Virus record (IMG/VR): IMGVR_UViG_3300037333_000013
Span: 32,001 to 96,000 of that record
DNA length: 64,000 nt
Reading direction: 5' to 3' (one strand)
DNA from: a virus
Shown: positions 50,986 through 60,200 of the stretch, piece after piece
How positions within the stretch are numbered: position 1 is the stretch's first letter
Layout of the letters: every line of letters starts with the position of its first letter
The notes under the pieces: generated by a model
The model's input: the letters and a program-made list of their open reading frames with translations, nothing else
Told to the model about the DNA's origin: nothing
Databases searched by the model: none
Position numbers and translations under genes: made by a program

Positions 50986-51000
50986 TATATTAATCCAATA

Positions 51001-51459
51001 TTGAGTGCTATATATAGCGATGACGAACACGGAGATATCTCGATAGACTTTGAACATTATGCTATGAAACCCATTAACTCCCTACTTACTGTAAACAGGA
51101 GACTAAGTGAGATTGAACTAAAGAATCTAAAGCGGTATCTATTCTTGAGTACCTTTGAATGGAATAGAAATGACAATGGGTTCTCATCTCTTACGCCTGT
51201 ATCTGTTGTTGTAGATGAGCTTGATAATTGGCTAGATTATACATACTACGAGTATCTCGTATTATACACGAGTCTTGGTGTATGGAAACACACAAAGTAT
51301 ACACTCAATGACTTCTTATCGTTGAGCTTCAAAGAGATTCATAAGATAACTGAGTCGTGTAAGTTTATCATTGATACGGAAGAGAGAATCAAAAACACCA
51401 TGAAGAAAGATGGCGACCCTGCCTTAGGAGCACTAGAAGATGAAGAAGATTTATTGTGA
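51001..51459 (+). CDS. Hypothetical protein; probably the -1 frame extension of the upstream gene
   Basis: Called start is TTG; the frame is open from 50899. Confidence 0.6.
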   Translation: MSAIYSDDEHGDISIDFEHYAMKPINSLLTVNRRLSEIELKNLKRYLFLSTFEWNRNDNGFSSLTPVSVVVDELDNWLDYTYYEYLVLYTSLGVWKHTKYTLNDFLSLSFKEIHKITESCKFIIDTEERIKNTMKKDGDPALGALEDEEDLL

Positions 51460-52039
51460 CATAGATGCATTACTGGATACTAGGTATCCAGTAATGTCTA
51501 GATTAACAGCTGACTATATAGAAGATGTGATTACACAACGTGCAAAACATATATTATTCTCCACTAAGAGTAAAGTATCACTCTTTCAAGCGAACGTGAC
51601 AGCTATCGTGAAAGACATTAATGGTTTGTATCTCTATAAAGAGAAAGAACATATTATGAATGGTGTTGCAGATGACATTGGATTAGATATTAATGTCTAT
51701 GGGTATTCACTAACTGATAATGAGAAAGAGATTGTTAAAGTACAATTTGATAGGCTCTTTCCTAATATGACTATTCATATTATTGATAATGAACCATCGT
51801 ATAAGATAATGAACCAATATTTTGGTATCGTTATGTATGATGCTTTATTCTTTCTAGAGAGGTTACAGTTTACAGATACGTTGGGAATGAATGGTGATAC
51901 TATCTTTATTACCACGATGAACACTGATTCTGTTGATGATATCAATAATGTGGTTAAGATGATTGAAGAGCGATATAAGCCTTATGTAGACTTACAAATT
52001 GTGAGTGAAGAAGCGATGAGTACAAAATCTATTATATGA
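51440..52039 (+). CDS. Conserved phiKZ-like protein with HAD-like N-terminal DxD motif
   Basis: IYCDIDALLDTR. Confidence 0.55.
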   Translation: MKKIYCDIDALLDTRYPVMSRLTADYIEDVITQRAKHILFSTKSKVSLFQANVTAIVKDINGLYLYKEKEHIMNGVADDIGLDINVYGYSLTDNEKEIVKVQFDRLFPNMTIHIIDNEPSYKIMNQYFGIVMYDALFFLERLQFTDTLGMNGDTIFITTMNTDSVDDINNVVKMIEERYKPYVDLQIVSEEAMSTKSII

Positions 52040-52103
52040 TGGCGTTGCCTCAAACTTAATACAAGAGATTGTATTTGCAAATATTATCTAAAAAGGAGTA
52101 CGT

Positions 52104-53357
52104 ATGCCGTACGCAAAACTACTTAAAAAAGTGAACTCAGGAATGGACACTGAGTCAGCAGGGACTATCAACTTTTCCGTTATTGACCTAGCAACAATGG
52201 ATACCGAAAACGAAATCAGAGCATTTGACGATGCTGAGACAGCAGTGTCTCTACTAGCTAGTGCTGAACGCCTGTATGAAGTAAAAGGTTCTTTAGATAC
52301 AGAGTCTGCTAAACAGTCTGCTTCTACAACTATTGCCGTCTGCATTGCTAAAGCATGTTTACTAGACGCAGAATCTGCTGGGTATCTCGGAATTAGAGAC
52401 ACTGATACAGAGGGTGAAAAAATGGATAAAGCCAAGAACTGGCTTAAAGTAGCACGTGATAACGTGATGGTTGCTATCCAACGTATCATTGACATTGGTA
52501 AAAAATACTTCTTAAAAGTAAGTGCTTGGTTTGCAACAAACGATAAGCTTAAAAAAGATATTCTTAAGAAGCTTGATGCTAATGGCAAACACAAAGAGTA
52601 CGTAATGAAAGATGACTTAAAGAGCGATGGCGATAAATTCAAAACATTTGCAAAAGCACATCAAAGTCTTCTACGTGACCATATGCTAATTGATAAAATC
52701 AATACTAACATTATCGAGGACGTAACTGTTGGTAGCAAAACACTTACTGACCTATCTGATAAACTTGAAGCATTTGCAGGAAGTGAACCAGATGGAATGA
52801 GTTCAGATGTAGAGAAAATCTTCAATGATGATGATACTGTTAAGTCATTTGCAGGTGCTGTATGGAATAAGCTCTTTGTTGTTCTATACAATGAGTCTTA
52901 TGTAGACCCTGAAGACGAAAATGATACCGACCCTAATGCTGTATATGCTGTTGTAAAGTATGATATTGAAGATAAAGTATTTACTAATGGTGTAGATACT
53001 GCTGTTGAGGGACTACATACTTACTTTAATAAAAATAAAGCTACATTAAAGACTGAATTCTCGAAGCTTGAGAGTGCATCTAAGGTGCAGTCAAACATTG
53101 ACAAAGCAATGAAAGTCTTTGATGATGTTAAGAAAGATGCAGATAAAGAGTTTGGCAAAGACCCATCTGAAGTTGCTGATAAGCAAAAACGCATGGCTAT
53201 GATAAAGAATTCACTCATTGCTCGTTCTAAGACCGCATATGGTCTCTGTAAATACGACATCTTAAAGTACAAAACAACACTTGAGATGGCAAAATTATAC
53301 ACTGATAACTTGGTAAAGAACAAAGGTAACTCTAACACTACCCCAGAGGAAGACTAA
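52104..53357 (+). CDS. Internal head protein with a multiply cleavable propeptide
   Basis: Six D-[T/A]-E sites in the first ~105 aa, then an amphipathic helix; strong SD and terminator. Confidence 0.7.
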   Translation: MPYAKLLKKVNSGMDTESAGTINFSVIDLATMDTENEIRAFDDAETAVSLLASAERLYEVKGSLDTESAKQSASTTIAVCIAKACLLDAESAGYLGIRDTDTEGEKMDKAKNWLKVARDNVMVAIQRIIDIGKKYFLKVSAWFATNDKLKKDILKKLDANGKHKEYVMKDDLKSDGDKFKTFAKAHQSLLRDHMLIDKINTNIIEDVTVGSKTLTDLSDKLEAFAGSEPDGMSSDVEKIFNDDDTVKSFAGAVWNKLFVVLYNESYVDPEDENDTDPNAVYAVVKYDIEDKVFTNGVDTAVEGLHTYFNKNKATLKTEFSKLESASKVQSNIDKAMKVFDDVKKDADKEFGKDPSEVADKQKRMAMIKNSLIARSKTAYGLCKYDILKYKTTLEMAKLYTDNLVKNKGNSNTTPEED

Positions 53358-53368
53358 GACTCATAATC

Positions 53369-53407
53369 ATTATACCCACACCACATGGTGTGGGTATAAT
53401 CTTTCTT
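53369..53407 (+). terminator. Terminator
   Basis: ATTATACCCACACCA-CA-TGGTGTGGGTATAAT, then CTTTCTT. Confidence 0.8.
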
Positions 53408-53432
53408 GACACTACATAAATAAAGGATTTGT

Positions 53433-54386
53433 ATGTATAGAATAAAACTTGGTGGAGAAGATATCGATATTGAATCAGAGTTTAAACTACTAGATAAAGC
53501 AGAAGTTGCTTATGAGAAGAGAGATAACATTATCTTCTCAGACTACCTAAAAAGTATTGGTATTGATGTTGAAGGAGTTGTTGACTTTATCAAAGATATG
53601 ATTGTACGATTGAAAAAACTCTTATCTAAGATGGGAACTCAAGCAAAGAGGATATGGCTTAGAGCACTGATATTCTTCGGAGAGAATGACAAGTTACTCA
53701 GTGACCATAAATCAAAGATTTCAGGGCTGTTAGTGTTAGACATAAAGAACAAAGGTGAGGTGAAAGATGAACTAAAATCATTTGTATTAGAGCAGGCATA
53801 TGACTTTATGTCTTCTAAAGAAGTAACTGGTTCATCTACATCACTAGAAGCTGTCTTTTACAATGGTGAACACGATAGATATACACCAACGGATTTGATA
53901 AAAATTATTCCTTCCCCTGACCAGAAGTTGACAGACTATCTTGTAGGTAAATCAGATATTGGATTTGTTAGATTTCAAAAAGATAATATCTCTTTTATTG
54001 TGCGTTCAAAAGTAAGTGAGCAAGATGATGGATATATCAAACTTGTAAAGTCTCCTGTTACAAGAACAGTATACAATAAGTTAGAGAGTGATATGCTTTA
54101 TAACATCGACAACAACCGTATGCTAGAGCCACTAAGGGCATTGTTTAAATCTGTCTTATCGTACGATGACTTGAAAGAGACTATCTCAACATCGTTTAAA
54201 AAGTTATCAGATTACGAAGATATGGCTAGAAAGATTGAGAGTGATGATGATACATCTAGTAAAAAATTGAGATTAGAGTATGATACGTTAAAGGCACATA
54301 GCCTAACAACTTATGCTGGAATGCGTGCAGAGATTAGAAAGACAAAACTAGCCATTAGGCTCGGTCGTATTCTCTTTGAAGAATAA
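53433..54386 (+). CDS. Internal head protein, paralogue of the upstream gene
   Basis: IDVE|GVVDFIKDMIVRLKK..; FF.ENDKL parallels WFATNDKL of the neighbour. Confidence 0.65.
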   Translation: MYRIKLGGEDIDIESEFKLLDKAEVAYEKRDNIIFSDYLKSIGIDVEGVVDFIKDMIVRLKKLLSKMGTQAKRIWLRALIFFGENDKLLSDHKSKISGLLVLDIKNKGEVKDELKSFVLEQAYDFMSSKEVTGSSTSLEAVFYNGEHDRYTPTDLIKIIPSPDQKLTDYLVGKSDIGFVRFQKDNISFIVRSKVSEQDDGYIKLVKSPVTRTVYNKLESDMLYNIDNNRMLEPLRALFKSVLSYDDLKETISTSFKKLSDYEDMARKIESDDDTSSKKLRLEYDTLKAHSLTTYAGMRAEIRKTKLAIRLGRILFEE

Positions 54387-54404
54387 AAGAAAAAATAAAC
54401 AAGT

Positions 54405-54432
54405 ATACATAGTGGGATAACCCACTATGTAT
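54405..54432. terminator. Hairpin between convergent genes
   Basis: ATACATAGTGGG-ATAA-CCCACTATGTAT. Confidence 0.75.
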
Positions 54433-54437
54433 CTCTT

Positions 54438-54992
54438 TTATATGTCTGTAAAGTCATCGTCATCTTCAACCAAAGCATTGACATAAAATGACCAAACATC
54501 AAGGACACGTTCATACCTGTCCATACCAGTGTCACTATCATCAGAATCAGCGAAGATAGCACAGTCGTTAAACTCATCAGCAACACCACCGACAAGAGAT
54601 GTATATAGAATATCATCATATTCTCCTTTATCTTTTCCAAATCCTGCAATGTCGCCACCCTCATACTCATTGTATAAGTACGGGTTACACATCACCACCT
54701 CTTGCATATATGGGTTAATATGCATATAGTTCTCTTCATCATACATTTCGATATCTGTTGTGATTTCGAATGTTTGGCGTTTTACTTCATCGATGTCGTT
54801 TAGTATAGCATCACTCTGTAAATACTGAGATACCATATTGACATTGTTCTGGAATGCTCTCCCTGCGTCTGTGAGTTCAATTCCTAAACTCATATTCACA
54901 CCATCTATATACTGACGCACCTGCGTCATATCTGGACGATATGCATTTGCAGATGACGCCGCATATGTATCATTAACCTTGATGACTCGCAT
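54438..54992 (-). CDS. Conserved protein downstream of nvRNAP beta' N (phiKZ gp59-like)
   Basis: MQ..VM.NP.....Y..G...GF motif and C-terminal D.TD; gene order. Confidence 0.5.
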   Translation of the reverse strand: MRVIKVNDTYAASSANAYRPDMTQVRQYIDGVNMSLGIELTDAGRAFQNNVNMVSQYLQSDAILNDIDEVKRQTFEITTDIEMYDEENYMHINPYMQEVVMCNPYLYNEYEGGDIAGFGKDKGEYDDILYTSLVGGVADEFNDCAIFADSDDSDTGMDRYERVLDVWSFYVNALVEDDDDFTDI

Positions 54993-56442
54993 GCTTCTTC
55001 TCCTCTCTAATAATGTTCGTGAGTGTCATAGATACAGTGTCTGGTATGTTTACCTTACCGAATATGGACTCTGTATTTGCAGAGACTGTCGAGACAGTGT
55101 GTTCTGGACTAAACGGTTCTAGTAAGTCTACCATATAGTTGTCTAATGGTAACTGTGCATTACATTGGTCCCCATCCACGTCAGCATTCATTAGTGGCAT
55201 CGTGAGTGGTGAGAGTGAGAAGGTATCATCTTCTATGTCTGGCTTGACTCTCGTAATTCTTAGTCGTACGATAGATGCATTGTTTTGTGCTGGATTACGG
55301 TAGAAAATACAACGTATCCCATTTTGTGCTTCAGCAATGAGTGTAAGCATTGCATCATAGACAACTTGCACAAACTCAGTCTCGGCTAAGTCTAGTAACT
55401 TATTAATATGGTTTGTTGTCATATTCATCCTGTTATACAAAAGGTTTCTGATATGCATCTCGAATAACCTACACGACGACTTATAGGGTAAGTACAACTC
55501 ATCATACTCATGTGGTCCTGGTATAGGAACAATCACAGCACGAATATTATAGTCTCCTCTTAATCCGAACAGATTCTTTCTAAACCCACCTTCCTTTTTT
55601 GCTAGGAATGTATCTGTGATGTTTATATAAGCCTTTGTTAAGAAACTAAGTACACGTCCTATCGCACGCTCTTTATAGACAACACTGTCATAATCTTTAT
55701 ACTTCATAAAGAGTAGTGCGGCATTCATAAGATATGGGATAGAACCTTGAATGTAGTTACCCAATGCGTTTGGCTCGTGTATCAGAAACTTCTTATGTGG
55801 AAACGGAATAACGTTCACGTGAATGACATTTCTTCTATTACGATATATCTCAAGAAGCAACGTAAGTTTCTCACTTTTCGCTTGTGTAGTTGTGAACATC
55901 CGTATCTTAGAGATAATATACTCGATGTTATTCACGAACCATTGATATGAACGAATAACATCTTCGTCTTTCTCAAAGATTCCTAGCACACCACGACTTG
56001 TAGACTTTACATCTGGAGAGTACTGTTTATCGCTAAACCATCTCACCATACTGAAGGTGTCGTTACCAACAACCTGTATATTTACGACTCTATCCAACTC
56101 TAGAAGAAAGAGTGGTGATATAAATTCTGGCATTCCTCCCATGCGTTTCAACCACAATACTGGCTCAAAGTTTGCAAACATATCCACTACCTCTGTATTA
56201 CAGAGTGGACAGATTGCACCCATATTTGAGAACCCACTAATGTGCTTACAAGAACACGTCGGTATGAGCGATACGACATCATCTTTAATCGTATTCTTCA
56301 CTAGGTTTGGAAGCATATCTCTATGCTCCTTGTTTAGATAATCTAAGTTGTTTAAGATTACCTTTTTATCACTCGGTATGGAGTGATATAAGATTTCAAA
56401 ATCTTCTATCTGCTCCTGAATGATGAACTCTTGTTTTGGCAT
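54973..56442 (-). CDS. rpoC: Non-virion RNA polymerase beta' N-terminal catalytic subunit (phiKZ gp55-like)
   Basis: Zn ribbon C.C....CP.C, K.G.FRK..FG.R, RAVI, RNP and catalytic NADVDGD. Confidence 0.92.
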   Translation of the reverse strand: MPKQEFIIQEQIEDFEILYHSIPSDKKVILNNLDYLNKEHRDMLPNLVKNTIKDDVVSLIPTCSCKHISGFSNMGAICPLCNTEVVDMFANFEPVLWLKRMGGMPEFISPLFLLELDRVVNIQVVGNDTFSMVRWFSDKQYSPDVKSTSRGVLGIFEKDEDVIRSYQWFVNNIEYIISKIRMFTTTQAKSEKLTLLLEIYRNRRNVIHVNVIPFPHKKFLIHEPNALGNYIQGSIPYLMNAALLFMKYKDYDSVVYKERAIGRVLSFLTKAYINITDTFLAKKEGGFRKNLFGLRGDYNIRAVIVPIPGPHEYDELYLPYKSSCRLFEMHIRNLLYNRMNMTTNHINKLLDLAETEFVQVVYDAMLTLIAEAQNGIRCIFYRNPAQNNASIVRLRITRVKPDIEDDTFSLSPLTMPLMNADVDGDQCNAQLPLDNYMVDLLEPFSPEHTVSTVSANTESIFGKVNIPDTVSMTLTNIIREEKKHASHQG

Positions 56443-56474
56443 AACATTTTCTCCTTTACGTTTGATACCATACT

Positions 56475-56483
56475 AATAATATA
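56475..56483 (-). promoter_or_regulatory. Early promoter TATATTATT
   Basis: Exact motif in the 49-bp gap upstream of nvRNAP beta' N. Confidence 0.75.
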
Positions 56484-56491
56484 TGGATATA

Positions 56492-58609
56492 TTAAAATTG
56501 TTCCGAGTACAATAAACCATCTCTTCTGATAATACCAAGTATCTCCATCACGTTGTAGAAAGGACTGAGCGTGTTCTCAACAATCTTATTCTTATCAATA
56601 ATGTTGAAGAGTTCTATTGGTAAACCTTGACTCTTTACAATTTCATACGGTACGATGACTTGCGTCATAGAGCCTTTAGGATACTTCTCGAAGAACACTG
56701 CCCATCTCTCTCTAATACCTGCATCCTCTATACTAGAAATCATATCTTCTATTTTCTTCTTCGTAGAGAGGTCTATACTCACTTTCATTGCTAAGTATGG
56801 TGGTGTCTCTACGTGTCCATACTTCTCTGCAAATACCTGCTCCCAAAGCTCATAATGAAAGTACTGTGAACTCATCGGTATCTTATAGTCCTTCTTTCCT
56901 TTTACGTCGCTGAATAAGAAGATACTAGAGTCAGCATTCTTTATCATTTCGATAATCTCTATCTCCAATGTTTTAATAAATGAGATGATTTCTTTTAAAT
57001 CTACCCTACCACCACTCTCAACAGTGTGAATCAAACTCTTTACTAAAGCTTTCTTCTTATCCGTATACTTCGCTAATACTTTGTTCGCTATTAGCGACAC
57101 CCCGTGGAATGTTACTTTATCTAACATCTGAATGAGTTCTTTAATTACTGTCTTCTCTATATAGTGCTTACTACCATATGTCGGCATAAATGAAGAGAAC
57201 ATATACTCTGATTTCATATCAATCTCATCCATTACATCTTCTTCTACATTCATATTCTTACCGAGCTGTATTAAGACATTTCTAATGGACTCTGATACGA
57301 AGATAGATGCTGATGCACTGTATGCTATCGACTCATTGTTGAGTTCGAACTTACCATACTTTGCTTTAACATAATGGTAGTAGAATGAAACAGTGGAGTC
57401 CGTATCTGATAGTACAATAACACGTCTTACGGCGTCTTTAACCATTGATGCATTAGGTGGTATCACTTGACTCATAAAGAACGCTTTAATAAGCAATTCT
57501 GACTCTTTAAGAACACTGTTTATATTTCTCATTGTTCCAGAGAGTACTTTCTCTATCTGCTTTCCTTTAAAGTCCCCATGTTTAATACCTAAACCTTTCA
57601 GCTCGTCAAAACATACGTGGTGCAGTAGGTTTATCTTATAGTCCTCTTCTTCTGTTACTTCTTCTATTGTCCCATTTGCTGTATGTTGTGCTGATAAAGC
57701 TGTCAAGATAGCTTCCATTAGTGTTTTGTTTAGTTTATGTATATGATACATATCAAATGTATAGAGATAAGCTACTTTCTGAACATCCGTTAGTGTGTCT
57801 ACGTATCCATGTATCTTATCCATATAATCAGTACTTCTCCAATAGTAGTATGTATTGTAGAGTACCATATTCATAATATCTTCTGTTGTTGGTATCTTTA
57901 GCTTATACTTATCAATAGCTTTTTGTACTAACCCCATATCAGAATACGTGATGATAGATGCAATATGTCGCATGACGTCCATCGGCTTATAGTATAGTCT
58001 ATTGCCCATCACAATCGACTCTGACAGTGCATTGGCACTAGACGTCAAGATACGTGTAAACGACGTCATAGAGTAGTGTGATGAGTGTCTAGAGGTTGGG
58101 TACTTTAAGAGCGATGACTTTCCAGATACTGAGTTGTTCTTTACTTTCGCCGCTATGTTGAGTGTGTTGTTGATGATGAAGTTATCAGTATCCCCTACCG
58201 CTTCATACTGTTTTGCTTTCTTTTTAAACTCATTACGACTACGCTTATTTACATCAGTCCATCTACTGTGCATACTCACCCATTTTTCACCATCTTTATT
58301 TACCTTAGTATAACAAGTAAATGATGGTGCTATTGTCATCTTGTTTGTTTTTACACTATAAATGAACTTTGTCAAGTCCATCTCAGTTATTTCCATATCT
58401 AGTGTCTCTAAGTCTTTCTCATATAGACGAACTTTCCTTGTTTTAAACCTTTCTTTTACTTGTTGCTCTACGAGTTCTCTTACTTTATCATATGGTTTAT
58501 TTAACTTTTGTGCTAATAAAGTCGATTGTTGGTGTATATAACCCTCGACATAGTTTAAGTCGTGTGTGTAATCTTTAAGTGGTTTTTGGAATGGATTTAT
58601 TTTAGACAT
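56492..58609 (-). CDS. polB: Split family-B DNA polymerase, polymerase subunit (phiKZ gp50-like)
   Basis: Motif B K..NNS.SG, motif C SDTDS, K.E and KHY; C-terminal W..VF..KYG. Confidence 0.9.
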   Translation of the reverse strand: MSKINPFQKPLKDYTHDLNYVEGYIHQQSTLLAQKLNKPYDKVRELVEQQVKERFKTRKVRLYEKDLETLDMEITEMDLTKFIYSVKTNKMTIAPSFTCYTKVNKDGEKWVSMHSRWTDVNKRSRNEFKKKAKQYEAVGDTDNFIINNTLNIAAKVKNNSVSGKSSLLKYPTSRHSSHYSMTSFTRILTSSANALSESIVMGNRLYYKPMDVMRHIASIITYSDMGLVQKAIDKYKLKIPTTEDIMNMVLYNTYYYWRSTDYMDKIHGYVDTLTDVQKVAYLYTFDMYHIHKLNKTLMEAILTALSAQHTANGTIEEVTEEEDYKINLLHHVCFDELKGLGIKHGDFKGKQIEKVLSGTMRNINSVLKESELLIKAFFMSQVIPPNASMVKDAVRRVIVLSDTDSTVSFYYHYVKAKYGKFELNNESIAYSASASIFVSESIRNVLIQLGKNMNVEEDVMDEIDMKSEYMFSSFMPTYGSKHYIEKTVIKELIQMLDKVTFHGVSLIANKVLAKYTDKKKALVKSLIHTVESGGRVDLKEIISFIKTLEIEIIEMIKNADSSIFLFSDVKGKKDYKIPMSSQYFHYELWEQVFAEKYGHVETPPYLAMKVSIDLSTKKKIEDMISSIEDAGIRERWAVFFEKYPKGSMTQVIVPYEIVKSQGLPIELFNIIDKNKIVENTLSPFYNVMEILGIIRRDGLLYSEQF

Positions 58610-58679
58610 TTTGCTTCCTTTTGGTTATCAAGTGAATGTGTCAAATATGTTATTTATTTAAAGAAAGAAAAAGAGATTC

Positions 58680-58707
58680 TCAGTATAGTGCAAAGGCACT
58701 ATACTGA
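58680..58707 (-). terminator. Terminator hairpin
   Basis: 12-bp stem with a U-rich tail on the minus strand. Confidence 0.75.
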
Positions 58708-58744
58708 AACTATATTTCGATAATCACTCTTTTAATCTTGATTA

Positions 58745-59068
58745 TCACACATTTCTAAATCCTTTCCAATATCCACTTAACTCAATATATGACTTAGACA
58801 AGAACGCATACAACGGAATAAAGTCATCATCAGTGATAGACTGTATTCTTACTGGGAAGTATATGCCCTTCCTCTGCTGTATGAATATAATTTGACAACA
58901 CATATGCAACCCATCTTCATTAGGTGTATATTGGACATCAAATAGTCTCGCATTGAACTCATCTCTTGACAACTGTTCAACATCAAATCTGAATACTATG
59001 TTGTAGTCTATAAACGCACCACCATACTCTTTTATAAAGTCATCAAAGTTTAGGAACACTTGACACAA
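58745..59068 (-). CDS. Hypothetical phage protein; true start uncertain
   Basis: DYN.VFRFD and IQQRKG motifs; the frame extends upstream to 59155 without an ATG. Confidence 0.55.
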   Translation of the reverse strand: MCQVFLNFDDFIKEYGGAFIDYNIVFRFDVEQLSRDEFNARLFDVQYTPNEDGLHMCCQIIFIQQRKGIYFPVRIQSITDDDFIPLYAFLSKSYIELSGYWKGFRNV

Positions 59069-59155
59069 ATCATTATCGCAATAATTAGATTCAGACGCTT
59101 GGTATCTATGTTCCGTTAATAATGCTTCCTTTTCCTGTTCTTTAGTAACACTTAC

Positions 59156-59335
59156 TTATCTAGTCTCAAACCTCAGACGTTTCTCATTTACACCATCACT
59201 ATATTCTATACTATGTGTATAGTCATATGTTGGTACATAAGTAATATCTAAGATTGTGTTGTCTCTAGCTACCCCACGCAACTTATCTCTGTCCTCGTCT
59301 GTTAAGAGCTTAAGCCGTAGTTCACTAATCTGCAT
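59156..59335 (-). CDS. 59-aa hypothetical protein (not in the ORF track)
   Basis: MQISELRLKLLTDEDRDKLRG...RLRFETR; start overlaps the upstream stop. Confidence 0.5.
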   Translation of the reverse strand: MQISELRLKLLTDEDRDKLRGVARDNTILDITYVPTYDYTHSIEYSDGVNEKRLRFETR

Positions 59336-59972
59336 AGTTTACACCATCGAATATAAATATGTTTTCATCTGTTATAATATATACTCTACCAGACACATCT
59401 TCAACACACGCCCTCACTATCGTACCTAACATACTATTTAACTTCTTCAGTCGCATCTCGTCATACTTAAGAACCACGTCTACCATAGTCATCCCTACAA
59501 TGATGAGTCCATTGCATACATCTATTGATGATATCTTCGATGGATTCAAGTTCTTGTGGAATGAGTCGTCGTCATACTTAACGAATGCGTTCGTATAAAT
59601 CAATATACTAGACGCTTGTACATTCAAGTTGCATGCTAGTGAAGATTTACGTTTTATGATTGCACCATTAATATTTGCAACCGATTCTAAAGTATCAAAG
59701 TCATAGTGTAACTTACACTCCACTGTGTCTTTGATATCAAGATACATCAATGTCTCTAGTCTATTGTATACAGCTTGTGTGTACGTTATATTATTCATAA
59801 GTACAACAACGTAGTATACACCGTAAGACGTTATAACTGTTATGAGAGGACATCCTACGATATCCATGTCTATCTCTAATTCTTTACCTCGTAGTATATG
59901 TTCATCATCTGATGTAATGATGATGATACAATCCTCGTTTGTTATTATTTCCTCAATGATATTTTTACCCAT
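59325..59972 (-). CDS. Hypothetical protein
   Basis: ATG 59972 with a GAGGA SD. Confidence 0.6.
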   Translation of the reverse strand: MGKNIIEEIITNEDCIIIITSDDEHILRGKELEIDMDIVGCPLITVITSYGVYYVVVLMNNITYTQAVYNRLETLMYLDIKDTVECKLHYDFDTLESVANINGAIIKRKSSLACNLNVQASSILIYTNAFVKYDDDSFHKNLNPSKISSIDVCNGLIIVGMTMVDVVLKYDEMRLKKLNSMLGTIVRACVEDVSGRVYIITDENIFIFDGVNYAD

Positions 59973-60200
59973 TTCAATCCTCTTTTTGTTTTTTTTTATT
60001 ATGCATGTTGTCAATTGCTTTAAATGTTGATGATACGACAGACTTTATTATCCACTATCTCATCAACTCTAGTGGCATTAACTTTGTAATGATTAAGTCA
60101 TCTCTTTCAATCGCTTTACCATTATATGTCAGTTCACCTATCAACTCATCTATCTTGTACTCTTTATCGACTACATAGAGCTTATCATAGCCACGTACTT

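Noticed and set aside
40323-58609. DNA polymerase split over two distant genes, and split RNAP subunits, as a novelty
   Set aside because: Established for phiKZ-like phages (gp50/gp82; split beta and beta').
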